Shown here: positions 28,270-42,333 of the stretch, one piece after another | Layout of the letters: every line of letters begins with the position of its first letter | How positions within the stretch are numbered: the stretch's first letter is position 1 | Assembly (NCBI GenBank): GCA_964035545.1 | Contig: OZ037767.1 | Span: 24,568,628-24,632,627, forward strand | From: Bugula neritina | Lineage: Eukaryota > Animalia > Bryozoa | Direction: 5' to 3' | DNA: 64,000 bases | The notes under the pieces: model-generated | Told to the model about the DNA's origin: nothing | Databases searched by the model: none | The model's input: only the letters and a program-made list of their open reading frames with translations | Translations under genes and position numbers: made by a program

Positions 28270-29363
28270 TGTAAATACCCTTTAACTTATACTAAATGTC
28301 TCTAATGTAGCATTAATAAAATAAATGTTGCTATTTATTGTTTTTAGTAATTTTGAAAGTCCCATGAGTGTCATTATATCAGTCGATATATACCCGTATA
28401 TGTATATAATATATTATATATAAATGATATGTTATGTATATAATGCAGTAATACTAATACGTAAGATACTAGTTTATAATATACATAATATTAATATTAA
28501 AATATTGTTGCTTAGCTAGAACTTAGTAAACAAAAAGAAATAAATATAATATGTGTAGAGCTCAAGTTCAAATTATCAATGTTTAATTGTTAATTGTTTT
28601 TTTTATCAGATAACTAAGTTATTATGTAACACATCACAATTGATATTTACAGTAACTTGTCATTTTATAAACATGACTGATATTATAACTAAAGGTTCAC
28701 CTATGTTTTTCTTAGTTAAATTATACTATTATTTTCTCACTGTAAATATATTATGTAGTTTTCTCTCCAATCAGGGGTTGAAAGTGCTAAACTTTCAATT
28801 CTCTATTCTTCCCTTACTGTTTTACTGAGTTCCTAATCAGTAAAATATCAATCCTGAATGTCTGTGAAACTGTGAAATTGACAAAAAGACTTAAAATTGC
28901 TTTTGAATTGAGATTTATTAAGCTACATTACTTATTGTTGGCTGTAGATACTTTATAATCTGAGGCATGCATACTGTTTGTAAATGGAAATACTTAATCT
29001 GAATTAAGAAACAACACTTTCAGTTATTGCCAGAATATATCTTTGTTTTTTAGAGCCACAATATAAAAATATTTTAAATAAAATATATAAAATTTAATTG
29101 TAAAGATAAGCACTTAAACATCTAATTTCAAATGAAGCAGTACCTTTAAAACATGAATATGATTTTTTAACCAGCTTATATGCCTAGTTACCATCTAAAT
29201 AAACAGAACCCAAACCTTTAGTGCAAAACTTCAAAAGCACGCAGGTGTTTTGGTTTATTTGCCAGGCTGGTTGCGTTTAGTGTGATTTAATCTTTGGCAG
29301 CAATAATATTTTTATTTTCCCATGATTTTATCAGCATGCATACTTATTATTTATTACTTTTTG

Positions 29364-30920
29364 TTACTTAGCAACCCCAAACATGTCAATAGCCCCAGCA
29401 ATGTCATCATCTGTAAGTGTGTGTCTTGTTGGGCCATAAAAGGCATACATCACAGCTGAGGGCACATTTGAGTGAGCAAATCCAAGTGAGTGGCCCAATT
29501 CATGGAGAGCAACTGTTTTGTAGCTGAAACCTAAAATAATAAATTGGTGCCAGTGAAAAGTTACTTTCGTGTAAAATATATTTAGGGCTTTATACCACTT
29601 ATAGGTATATCGTTACTTACTTTATATCGTTACTTATATAAGTTGATCAGGGGAAACTAAAAGTTTAATTGGCTATCAGAAAAAACCAACATCTTCAGAG
29701 TTGATTTTAGAAAATGAATATGTGATTTAGACTATTGTAGCTTTTAAAAGATCTATATAAACATAACTAAATTAATTTTTGAAAAAACAAAAAGTGTATT
29801 AATTATAAATTAGAAGTTTACAGAAGATTGCTTGCTATTGCGCATGCTTATATAAACATCTTTACAAAACATTACATATAACACAATAATAATATAATAA
29901 AATTAAACTGTTTTTATAGGTTATAACTCACTGTATGGTGGCCGGAAGTTATGGTACTCCGCCCAGCTCTCCGTGTCATCAAAGAACATGTCTCCATTCC
30001 GTGGCAGAGCAGCATAAGCTAGAACCCCGTAAGGTAGAAATGGCCTCCCTAGGTAGTCATAGCGAGTGTGGTGTATATTTATCTCTGCGTGTTGTACTTG
30101 CTGTCCGTTTGGGTGAAATACAAGGTTGGTATTGGCGGCAGCATTCCACTCCTTGCAATATGCAAAGAAATATGAACATAAGATTCATATTTTAGTTGGT
30201 AAGAACCGTAATTATAAAAATATTGCACCCACTGAGATTCGAACCCAAGACCTCCGGCTTGCAAGTAGGCGCGCTACCAATGCACCACAGGGGCTACTAG
30301 GTAAACGACAGTAATGCAGCCATTATAGCTGATCGATAATATATTGTTCAAAATTTTAATCAAAACAAACCTAACTGTGTTATGGTGTCCTATACCAACG
30401 CTTTGAAAATGCTTCATAAGTAGCTTGAAAATTAAAATTAGAAACTAATTGATAAATCTGCAAATACATTCCGGATATGGAATAAATTATATTTGTAATG
30501 GCTTGGTTATTGCCTATATCTAATGTAACTGTGTATAGATAACATTTTAAATGCTTCAGTTAAATAGAGAATTAACTTGCCTATAATATTATCACCATGT
30601 GCGAGGTCATATTTAAAAATTATGGTGATGGGCGGAATATTATCAATATAATTATTATATGCATCCACTTTGCACTCCATAAGCAAGCGATTAATCACTA
30701 TTAAAATAATATTACCGTCATACCAAAACCAAAATTAGGAATTTTGAATTTTTTGAGATGTCAGTCTTTGGAATGTAATAAATGTAAATTTCATATGTTT
30801 ATTCATAACTGTTCTGAAAATAGTGTATGGAGCTTAAATACAGAACTGAAATATAACCAAATTCATACCATGGAGCTCATCTTTAGGCTTTCCAATCTTA
30901 TGCTAACAAACTAATATTGG

Positions 30921-30987
<67 letters not shown>

Positions 30988-33431
30988 TTACACTCACATC
31001 AACGACATGCTTCATAATAGCTTCCTGATCATCTACAGACATGTCTGGCGTGTGGTTCCTGAACTGAATGTCAATCTGCCTGCCTCTTTGCCATCTCATC
31101 TTCAACAGGATGTACCTTTTCACCCTTGTAGTACCTGCTGGGTAAAAGTCCTTATCCCCACACCGAGGTTTGTTCATTTGGGCTATAGTAGCATCGTCCA
31201 GCACTCCTACAAGAGCATAACAACGCAATTCAATCTCGCTGAAATTATTCATTCATAGCATCATTCACTTCCGTCACTTCTTCAATAAACACCCCATTTC
31301 CCTCAGAGTGAAATTTAAATTTCATATAATTGTCAATTTCAAATCTATCATTTGTTGTGGATATTTTCAACATATAATAAACGTCTCTGTAATTTATAAA
31401 AACTTGCGTTGTAATCTATAAGTGCAGTAAAAACTGTTAAGACATCATAATGTTGACACACTAGCATAACAGTAATTATCAACACATTTTAGGAAGCTAT
31501 TATACAAATCTATGCATACAATATCTGTTAATTGAGCTATTAAGTTTTGACTAGTAAAATTTAACTATAATAAACCAGTAACTATCAACCTACACTTCCT
31601 ACCTTATACACATGGATACACAGTCAGTACAAAGTATATATCCTTCTGGGAAACACCTTATAGCATTTTGATTCAGTAGCTTTTTGCACTGTACAGTTTT
31701 CTATGTCTTCAACTACATGTTTAGGAGTATAATATAATAGGTAACTAGGTAATTTTGTATAACATTGATTCTCCAACAGTCTACAATATATTCTTTAATA
31801 TATCTACCTATAATCTAGCCGATTACGAGGTTGCCTTTGAGTATATCATCAACCATGGGTGGATTCTATATATTATTATTTTACAATTAGACCAGCAAGA
31901 TTTTATATCTAACTCTAAATTTAACTAGGATGTGTATATAAAACAAATTGTGTTAACAAAAATTCCATTATTGATCTTTAATGAAAATGTGGAACAAGGA
32001 TTAAACACTCTAAGTTATACTGGTTTTATTTAAAATATTTACCTTCTAATATAAATTTAATTGATAAATTCACTGAAATGCTTTTTCATGTCTACATCTA
32101 CCTACATAAATCTGTAGTAGATTTTACGTTATAATTACAGCATAATATTAAGTTGACCTTTACAAGGGAGAGCTGGCTTTATACCAACTGTTTCATAAGA
32201 TTTTTTTGTCTGTATAGCCTAAGCTCTTGTTGTTATATGCTAGGGACAGTATTGCTGTTACACTTTACTGATGAGCTTATGTTTAAAGTACAACTGCTAC
32301 ATGTAGCAGCTGGTGAAGTTGGTTTACCATATCACCTGTTACAGGAAGCTGAGCATATCTCTGCATTTTTCTCAATGCTCTCTTCATTTCTTGTGAAGGT
32401 GGCTTAACTTCACCACTATTCAATGACTCACTCAGATAGCCAAACTGTTCCAACCATCTAAAACATGGATAATACATTCAGTAGAACAATAGATGGTGAC
32501 AGCTCAAAGCATTCAAATTTTTTCACTCAATAATGCAATAGATTTCAAATTTAACTAGTAGTTTACATTTTTCAACTTTTGCAAACCAATTTGAAACTTA
32601 ACATGTTTGGAAATAATCATTGTTTAAAGTCAATTGATCAAAGCTTTACTCCAGGTCTAAAAAATTGTTTCATACTTATGAATCTGTTTGGTATGAAGTG
32701 CATTACTTAATTAAAGTCTTGTGAATTTGAACATTTGCGTTTATGGAACCCATTACCTGTGTCCAGTATACATTTATAAATAATTCATAATATTTCTTAA
32801 TAAAAGGTTTTTCAAACAGCGAAGTCGTATGCCGAACTTAGAGCCGACATCTGTAGATGTTCTTTTGAACACAAAATATTTGTTAAGTTTCTAAGTTTTC
32901 TGATAAATAAATATATGGTACAAAGTGTTGGAATTACAAAAACTGAACTATTATTTGAATTAAGTTCAATAATAAATTAGCAAATTTTTTTTGAAAGCAA
33001 GCAAATAGAAACATATACCTGACGGCTTTCTCTATTTCTTTGTTTGTTCTCGTAATGTTTTTACTCATTTTGTTATTCAAAACACTGTTTAGTTTTGAAG
33101 TCGGTTTCATAGAATTCTTTTTAATTATCTGCATGTGTGCTAGAGTTGATGGTTTCACTGAAGGCAGTATCGTAGGTCGATGGGTTGAATTGGGTTTGGG
33201 TGAGAGCTGTTCCACAGGTAATATTGATGTATTTACAGACAGTGTGGTTGGCACAACCGAGACAACTGGAGGTGTGTGTGATTGTGACATAGATGGGCTT
33301 GGTAACGTCTCTACCGTAGGTTTAGTCACAGAGTTAGAACTAGTAATCGGTGCTCCAACACACTGGTGTGTAGTTGTGTTTAGAACCAAAGCTAGACATA
33401 ATATTGTAGTGTGTTTTAATGAAGCTTTCAT
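29364..33431 (-). CDS. Minimal matrix metalloproteinase (M10A), paralog D, complete, with mucin-like N-terminal insert
   Basis: Exons 33431-33019 (signal peptide + S/T/P-rich tract), 32457-32336 (WLEQFGYL..ALRKMQRYAQLPVTG), 31206-30998 (PRCGDKD, RVKR), 30151-29932 (GVLAYAALPRNGDMFFDDTESW), 29530-29364 (HELGHSLGFAH, AVMY, LTDDDIAGAIDMFGVAK*). The last two exons are not in the ORF track. Confidence 0.92.
30216..30300 (-). mobile_element. tRNA-derived repeat / tRNA pseudogene (TGC, Ala-like loop), copy 1
   Basis: A box tggtgcattgg, loop cttgcaa, B box ggttcgaatct, T-tract; anticodon and acceptor stems pair poorly. Confidence 0.7.
30924..30983. repeat. (TA)n microsatellite in MMP-D intron
   Basis: Pure TA run. 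Confidence 0.97.
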
Positions 33432-33844
33432 GTTTGTTGGGTGCTTTCTATGATAGTTGACAAAAATCTGAAAGTAGTAAAGGAACAAAATGAGTAATCT
33501 TGATGCACGAAAATGTCATTCAATACAGTTTGTTGTAGCCTGGTGTACTTTTGTCTATAGTTGACCCTTTTCCTCCTCCCTCCTCCCTCCTCCTGTTTCT
33601 CCTCCCCTCATCTTTCTCCTTCTGGTTACAACTATACTATACGGTAGCAAATCATACTGAAAGCCCCCATGCCATACACATATTATCCATGAAAAGCTAT
33701 AAAATCCCATCACACCACCAGAATGCAAAAAAAGAGGGTTTGAAAAGTACTTATATATTTGTGAATGGCTGAAGGATTGGGTGCGGCATAATTGGTTGGA
33801 AAATTTAATAAATAGTAACTTCAACAGTAGGCTATTGTGCAGCA

Positions 33845-34325
33845 TACAGTAGTATAGAGTAATATAGAGTAGTATAGAGTAGTATAGAGTAGTATAGAGT
33901 ATTATAGAGTAGTATCAAGTAATGTATTGAGTAGTATAGAGTAGTATAGAGTAGTATAGAGTAGTATAGCGTAGTTATACTGAGTAGTATAGAGTAGTAT
34001 AGAGTAGTATAGAGTAGTATAGAGTAGTATAAAGTAGTATAAAGTAGTATAAAGTAGTAATATAGAGTAGTATAGAGTAGTATAGAGTAGTATAGCGTAG
34101 TTATACTGAGTAGTATAGAGTAGTATAGAGTAGTATAGCGTAGTTATACTGAGTAGTATAGAGTAGTATAGAGTAGTATAGAGTAGTATAAAGTAGTATA
34201 AAGTAGTATAAAGTAGTAATATAGAGTAGTATAGAGTAGTATAGAGTAGTATAGCATAGTTATACTGAATAGTATAGAGTAGTATAGAGTAGTATAGAGT
34301 AGTATCAAGTAATGTATTGAGTAGT
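33845..34325. repeat. Minisatellite, 10-bp unit (tatagagtag)n, upstream of MMP-D
   Basis: Long tandem array with recurring variant blocks (tataaagtag x3; tatagcgtagttatactgag). Confidence 0.95.
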
Positions 34326-35825
34326 AAGAAGTTACATTATGGAATAATATGAAATAGAATGAAATAGTACATGCTCCCATTGAAACAAACTTTACTAACG
34401 TTACAGTTTATTACAGAAAATATAATATTTCCTAATGGAAGTTCATAGTTATATGTCAAGTGATAATTATGCAGTCATGCTATGTGCCTTGGCTAACTAT
34501 GACTACCTCATAGCAGATATAAAATAGGAATGCCTTCTTTGTCTAGAATTATTTTATGAAGATTTATTATAATTCAAAAACTGTTAAGTTTTTTTTTCTA
34601 CATGATGGAACATTACTTCCTAGGCCGTTTTTGCTATTATATATAACCTATAATTCAATATTATTATTAATATATTGAAATAGCCAAGCATTAACCAGTT
34701 ATCTATAATTGCAATTTAATATCAATACTTGCATAAAACTAGCCTATAAAATAACTATTATAAACGTTAATCAACTATGAAATATTCATTATTTAATATA
34801 ACATTATACATGCATAGCAAAATCCAGTACTATTCGATTAATTTTTTCAAGCTGTGAAGTTGGTTTATAAAATTGAGTGTATGACATAAACAGCCAATAA
34901 AAACCAAGTATAAGACAGTAGAGTGAAGGGTTTTTATAGTAAGGAATATCATTATTTTGTTAGAATTTAGAAGACATGGATGACTGAAAAAATATGCAAC
35001 ATGTTACAACATATATATAAATATTCATGTTGACACATAAAGATTTATCCTAATTTTACCCTTGTCTTTCTTACAAGCTTATTACAAGTGACTGAGAAAA
35101 AATAGGTTTTTATTCAATATAGCCAGTTGTCAACGTGGCGGAGGTATATGCAGGGGTACCCATACCCCCTGACTTTTCCTTTAGGTCCCCTAAAGCTAAC
35201 AGTACCCTCACCATAGTAACACATACAGCATTATTAAAGGCTATAATCAATCAGTTCTATTTATATCATCAATAGTTCTTTGTTTCATTGTAAGCTGCCA
35301 TGAATATTGGTAATTTTAAAATACTGAGCTGTGACTTAAAATTGAATAATTTACAATTTCAAACAAGAATCTGCATTCACCCTGCAAGTTCTATGACATG
35401 CACTTTGATGTTATTAAAGGGGACTTCCTTTAAAACAGAAAATAATATATTTTTAGTATATATTATTCAGCGCAAATTTCATCAAAACCATTGTTTGGCA
35501 AAATTCCAGTTACCTATGATGTTGAAGTTGTACTAATAATTAGCATTATTTTAAAATTAATAGTCGAAATAACATGAATTAATTAATGCTGCATGCTTTT
35601 TCATTTCTTGACTAGACTACATACACCAACTGCTCAATTTACTGTGTCAATGTGACTCATTTTGATAAAAGCAACTCCATGACTAGCTACTGTGACTAAA
35701 TTACCTCCTGATTTGACCGTAGCATGACTTTTACTTCTACACAACTCTACCTGCTACTACTTTAATACTATAGATTAGCAACTACAAAAACTGATGCCTA
35801 CATTAGAAAATTATTAAGTCTGCTA

Positions 35826-35915
35826 TAAAAATCTTGTCCCAACTGGGATTCGAACCGCAGACCTCCGGCCTGCAAGCAGTCGCGCTAACCATTACATCAC
35901 AGGGGCTACTGGGTA
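35826..35915 (-). mobile_element. tRNA-derived repeat / tRNA pseudogene, copy 2
   Basis: Reverse complement agtagcccctgtgatgtaatggttagcgcgactgcttgcaggccggaggtctgcggttcgaatcccagt; homologous to the 30216 copy. Confidence 0.7.
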
Positions 35916-38900
35916 ATCCCAAGACTTTATCTGCCATGATTTTATTAGACATATCAAGGCTTATCAGAGAGTTGCTATATGCAAATCTCTGCAGATTTCT
36001 TGAAGTTGCAACTTTTATATCATATTTATTTGCTGGTATTTGTTGGTCAGTTAATGAGATTGTAAACAGGGTTTAGCCCAAAAAGTGAGAAACAAATTTA
36101 TAATTCTATGGTTTGGAGGTTGTGGTCTATAATTTCTAACTTTTCAGCTTTTTTTCATTATTTTTTCTAAAAACTAATTATTTCAGCTTCAAGCTTAATT
36201 ATTTTTTTAATCTATAGTGGTTTCTGCGAGGTTATTGTTACTAACAGCTCTAAAATCAATTTATTTTTACCAAATGGTTAGACTAATACCTTGTTGTTTG
36301 ATTAGGTAGCTGCCCAAGATATATGTCTCATTATTTAACTGTAACTCCCAAATTAGACGAATAGTGCCTAGAAAAACCAGCCACAGTGACAATGATGGCC
36401 CAAGTTTTGCATTACTTGCCATGTTGAAGCATCACACAAAATAATTTTGAATCTAATTAAACATAATTATCATAAATGTTTCTAAATAGCACTATTCCAA
36501 AAACAGCTCCTGCCAAATTAACATTTTATTTTGGTTACGCAGTTCCCACTTTGTGATAGATTCTAACCACATGGCCGTTTCCTATCGAAGAAAATTATCA
36601 TGTCTCCAAATAGCTATAATGGGAGGAAGATGCAAATCTATTCAAATGCATACAGTAAAATGGGGAGATTATTATTTAACCATTTTTAATTAATATGTGC
36701 AATATCCTTACTACCTATGCATGACGGAGTCTAAATTCTACAGAGTTTTTCGGCCAGTTACAGATTATCACAGAGTATAATGAATCTGCACAGTGTTGAA
36801 GTGCAAAACTTTAAACAGCATTAGCTTTTGACTTCCATCTGAACCTGTAGCATTCAGGGAAGTGTAACATTTTGTGCTTCCGTGTTGTATGTATGCATGT
36901 AGGTATATATGCTATATGCTTGTACAGTGTGTAAGTTGTGTGTGTTATGTAAATGATGTGTACTCTTTGTTAGACAATGCTGCTAGGTTCTACAGTGTTA
37001 GATAAAACTGGAAGACTAAATAATTACTTTTTCAAAGTTTTGTAATAAGCTTCTGCTAAAGAGGGAAGTTTTGTAAATAAATAATAAGTTGCTTTAACAG
37101 CTCCAACAGCTAACTAGGCCTGGCCTACCTTGCCACAGTACCAAGATGTCTGAGTCATACCAAGCTAGAATAATTTGAAAGTATGTAATCATTTATGTTT
37201 TATGTTATTAATTTGTTTCGATGCAAAAAATCGCATCATCACACCTTTATAACTTTATGGTATGGAAGGTAATAATTAGAGCACTTCTTGATAATTTATA
37301 AATTTACTTAGAAATAGCTTTATATGGCTATAATTAGCATATGTAACCAGGTAATAGTTTCACTAGTCTACCAGAACTACTACTCGAACAAAGAATTGCA
37401 ATTTATAGTAAGAGTTTATCCCTGTTACTGATTGGTGGTTAATTAGTACGTTGCATCAACTGATGAGTCATCAAATACAAAAATAATAAAAAAGGCCATG
37501 CCACCAAACAGAAATAACTTTTAAATTGTAAATATGTAATTATCCATTATATGAATTTCTTAGAGAAATATTGTACATCAGTAATGCAGTGAAAGAAATA
37601 TAAATAAAAAATTGATGAAGCAAAGGTCTAAATTACGATATAAATGCAAATACCTAGACCACTACCATAAGAAACTAACCTGATATACTAACTTTTTGCA
37701 GTAGATAGAGCAATGGAATGTCTAATTTGATCAGAAGAAAGTAATGACATTTGGGTGGCACTCATTGCGGTTTAATTGTCTGGCCTTTAAGCATTTTCCT
37801 GCCAGTTTAGGATGAAGTCTTGCTATTTTTAATTAATGCTAGTAGCACTTCTATGTTCTCATCATAATCAGTTTTTTCAAACACATTGCAGCCAATATAT
37901 AAATAACTATTAGCAGTGGTTGCTATGCATTACCTGCTTTGCTTTCAAGTAGTTACATAATAACTACCAATTACTCTGAGTGCTTCCTTATTATATAAAC
38001 TAATAATATATGCGTATACTGTCTGTAGTATAAAAATTTTAATTACAACCTGTCTCATATTTAATTTTCTATTTTAAAGCAGTAATGGACAATAAGCTTT
38101 TGAATATATTAATTAACTGTTTTTGAGCATAGAGAATATAAAAAGCAGAGAGAAGACTACAATAAGCTACCATTTGCAATTAAATCATATTATTACTTTC
38201 TTTTACATTTGCAAAAACCAGGATAAATATTCACTTGTACTATATTTTTGCCTCTATGCCTTACTATGCCTGAACATAAGCAATACGTAAACAATCAAAA
38301 CAAACTTGTCTAAGCCTAAGCCCCTTTCCCTTCCCTGTCCTGAGAGAAACTGAACGTCTGCTGAAGAACTCTCCATGAGTACAAGAAACAATAACTCATG
38401 TTCACATTTCTGTTTCATAAATTAGAGTAAAACAGTAAGATGGTAATGTTTTAAGTAGAAAGAAGTCTAAAAGTGTCTCCACCTTTGATGTTTAACAGTT
38501 GTTATTAGGTGGTTAACTAACCAGGTTGATGCATTTAAAAACATTCCAATAACCACAAGTTAGCATCTCTATTGTTTCCCTCCCCCACCCCCCCCCCCCC
38601 CCCAAGGCACTTGCACAAATTTTATATATTAATTTTAAATGTTGGTGTGAGAATAGCTATAGTAGTTTTTAGAATAAGATGCACAAACTGTAACTAGAAT
38701 TGGCAAAGAAATTCTTGACAGCTAGTTTTACACTTAAATGTCTTACAACCTTTAAACTCATAGCATCCATTAAACTTAATGTGTGTCTTTTTAAAATTAA
38801 AAACAGGTTTTGGTTGAAAAATTATCATTCTACAGGATAACAGTTAACTAATGGTTTACGATATATGTTACACAATATAGTTAAATGAATGCGCGCCTGC

Positions 38901-39309
38901 AAGATTTGAAATAACACTAATCTGTATAACTGTGTGATTGCAAGCAGTACTTACAATCCTTCATATTAATCAGCTTCTTCCAACTCCTGAATGAAGGTAC
39001 TTTTTATCAACAGTTATCTTTTTTGCCAATGCTGTAAATGAATACTTTATTATTCGAATTACACTATTATTTTGTCTTGACTAACACTCTAAAAGGAAAT
39101 CTAGTGACAGAGCACTAGCTACCTTCACTCTGTACTGATTTCCCAATGAACTTCATTATTATATAGATAAATGGTAGTACGTCTCTCAGCTGTGCGCTCT
39201 GCATAATATGTATATTATATTATTTATTCAGCTTCCCATTCATCAACTTCCACAAGATACAGCTGTCAGTGTATTGAGTGTACAATATATGCCCTCTGAG
39301 TGTTTCCAG

Positions 39310-39665
39310 TAATACAATAAAATGCAATATAATATAACATAATATAATATAATATATTGTTAATCAACATAATTAATGCAATATATTATATAGTATAATA
39401 TAATGTAATATATTACAATGCAATATAGTATAATAAAATATAACATAATAGAATATAATGTAATATAATACAATGCAGTATAATGCTATGTATTATGATA
39501 TGATGTAACATAATTTAATATAATACAGCATAATAAAACGCATTGTAGTGTATTATATATATTGTAAACTAGTATAATGTAATGTAATAGAACTGCAGTA
39601 TAATGCAACATAATGTAATACAAAATCATATATTATCGTATCATTTTGTGTTGCATTATATTATA
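39310..39665. repeat. Degenerate (AATAT)n pentamer satellite
   Basis: aatataatataacataatataat/aatgc/aatgt variants. Confidence 0.75.
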
Positions 39666-40917
39666 TTTTACTACATTACACACCACACATTGGTTGGCTG
39701 TGTTCAGGATGAGTACAGCACAAGCAAAAAACCAATATAATACTCTTTATATATATTACATTATATGCTACAAGAGGCCAGAGCTGCTTTATTCATCCTT
39801 GAGTCTAAGCGTTATTGTATTAAGCTAGCCAGTTAATAGCCACGATATTCTACATAGAGTTGTCTTCCCATGTATTTAGCTGTTTGGCTAATACCATATC
39901 ATTCCAACAAGTGCTCTACACAAAATATAAGCAAATATTTTTATTGCATAACATTATTTTTTTGCTGTTCAAATAGTTGTTTTGCAATGCATAGCTAAGA
40001 TATTGTACAAAACAGTGTAAGCAAAATAGGAAGTCTTAAGTCTTGGAATTTATTCACTGCAATCATTAATATTAACCTATTTTAACTTGGCAAATTTTGA
40101 CTTTTGCCATATTGAAACAAGCACTACTTTTTAAGAATTCTATTACGTGTATTGAACACAATATAAAATAACTATTTTGCAGTAAATAGCTAAATCAGCT
40201 TTACTATGGGGCTAAAATTTCAAAGGCATAAGTTTAGATGGCATTTTGAGTGCTTTTATCAAATTTATTATATGTTGTAATTTTTAATAAAGTCTAACAT
40301 ATAGCAAAAAATTTAAATTTTAAACCGTGTAGATAAATCTTAATAACTAATTAAATGCAGGTGAATTGAAATTAATTATATAACAGGTACAGATTTATCA
40401 TCGGCATCACAAAGATTGAATAAATTGCTACGGCAATGTTTTTATTGCAAGATATGTGTGCTTGAGATAATCTATGAATGATTTAAACACTAGCTTTTGT
40501 TATTTTTATTTTCGCGTAGTGATTAGATGCTACTAGCCGCAATTTATGCCATTAATACAATGACTGGCAGCTAAAGATCTGAGATCTATTGACTTTGTAG
40601 AGAAACTTGAGATTAAACAAGCTAAAAATCTTTCAGAGTTTGAGAAAAAGGTAAAGCTATATTTTAGCAAATAATGTAGCACATGAATTGCTGTAGAATA
40701 TAGTTATTGTAATAAGTATTACAAAAAATATATACATTGACATTGAAATAGCAGAAGCATTTTTATAATATACATAAATAATATTGAGAACGTAGAGTTG
40801 TTAAATAACTATTATAATTATTGCAATGCAAAGATTGCAAGTAAAGCATGTATAATGTGTGCATAAATTGAGATGGCGGTTGAGCAAAGGTTCTGGAGTT
40901 ATGGTCCCACAGATTGT

Positions 40918-42333
40918 CTATGCTCTAACTGAGACAACTTTAGTGTTGCTGACTATCTCCTGCACATTCTTTGGCAGCATCTGCATCTCTTCTACAGTCA
41001 GCGTGCTGATCTTGTCTGACATTCTGATAAGAAATCTTTTAGCTGCACTCCCATCTTCTCCTATGTAACAGATAGTATAACATTATTAAATATTTATCAT
41101 AGCAATATGCTACAGTATATTCATGCAGTTTATCCGAAATTAAGTCTGTCTTTGTGCATATTTTTAAGAACCTACTGTTTTTGCTATTATGTACAGCCGC
41201 ATTGATTTATTTGAATTTAGTAGAACTTACTTTGGAGCTCTCTGATGATTATCTCCCCTTCCACATATTTCCAGAAGGTTAATTTCTTGGTCATAGCACT
41301 GTCTCTATCATCTGTCCGCTTGCTGAGTTTATTCACTAAAATGAGTAAATTTATGAGAATATTTTGCATCGTATTGAAAGATGTACAACATGAAATAGTT
41401 CGATTTCAAACTAGAGTCTCACAGCATATACTATTTCAGCAACCTACCAGTACAAACAGCAGAGGTAAGGTCTACATTCTGCAGGGAACATTTTCCAATA
41501 GCCTTAGATTTTCCTGTGACATGAGGCGGTGATGCGGGAGGTGTGGGGTAGAGTTCCTTTTTATCATCTGGTTTCTTATCATCATCTGGTTTAGCCTTGG
41601 ATCCTGCTGACTGCGCAGCTGACAAAGACTTGAGAAGAGTCATGTTGACTCCCTTCACGAAAACCGGTTTATTGTCATTGTTCACCATGCCTGTCTGCGC
41701 TTTCTTTACCGCTTGCACTACTGATGCCATCTTCTTTAGGTTTTGCTTATTTTCTAATTTACTAGTCTCTTTTTTAGCTGCTTCTTCCTGGATAATTCTG
41801 AATTCTTCTATCAACCAGGCTAGCTCAGGCCTGTAATGTAAAAGTTTGTTGTATTTTATGTATGATACAATAAGTATTAGCAAAATTTCTCCTTAGTATT
41901 ATGTATAATCATTTTTAGGATTTGTTAAATTGGAACACAAAATATAAGAATTTTCATCAAAATAGCATGGGAGTATAAATTCTACAGTATATTCTATGCA
42001 TTAATAACTGCAACAGCGGATATATTGCAGGAACAATACTATATGTTAAGCTAATGGACAGTGATATTTCAATTCCAACAAAATTAGTTGCTCTTAATAG
42101 ATTTATTACACAAACTGATGAAGTATTTAAAAGCTTATAACTATAGAATGATGTAAACTTACATAGCATTGTGCCAGATGATCAGTGTTATGGTAGCAAG
42201 GGTAGGTGCTGGTAGGTTCACCAACAGCCACCAGCTTGCATGCAGTACACCGACATCATACAACATCTTTATAACAGAAATAGCAGTGAATAACTTCCAA
42301 AGTATATACAACTTTAGAGAATACATGTTGAAG
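40918..42333 (-). CDS. Unrecognised protein: hydrophobic (putative transmembrane) segment followed by a charged, Lys/Asp/Pro-rich tail; 5' exons unresolved (probably to ~43.1-43.4 kb)
   Basis: Phase-consistent exons 42333-42163, 41830-41448, 41335-41231, 41060-40918 (TAG). Tentative upstream exons 42627-42590 and ~43127-43035. Confidence 0.65.

Noticed and set aside
30216-30300. Functional tRNA-Ala gene
   Set aside because: Anticodon and acceptor stems pair poorly, and the second copy differs at many positions.
33040-33453. 137-aa plus-strand ORF
   Set aside because: Antisense shadow of MMP-D exon 1.
34400-40800. Hidden gene in the long spacer
   Set aside because: No phase-consistent exon chain or recognisable protein motif found by eye; only repeats and short AT-rich ORFs.
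42163-42333. Cys-rich alternative frame with in-frame TGA (possible selenoprotein)
   Set aside because: Its phase does not join the next exon whereas the hydrophobic frame does; no SECIS evidence.
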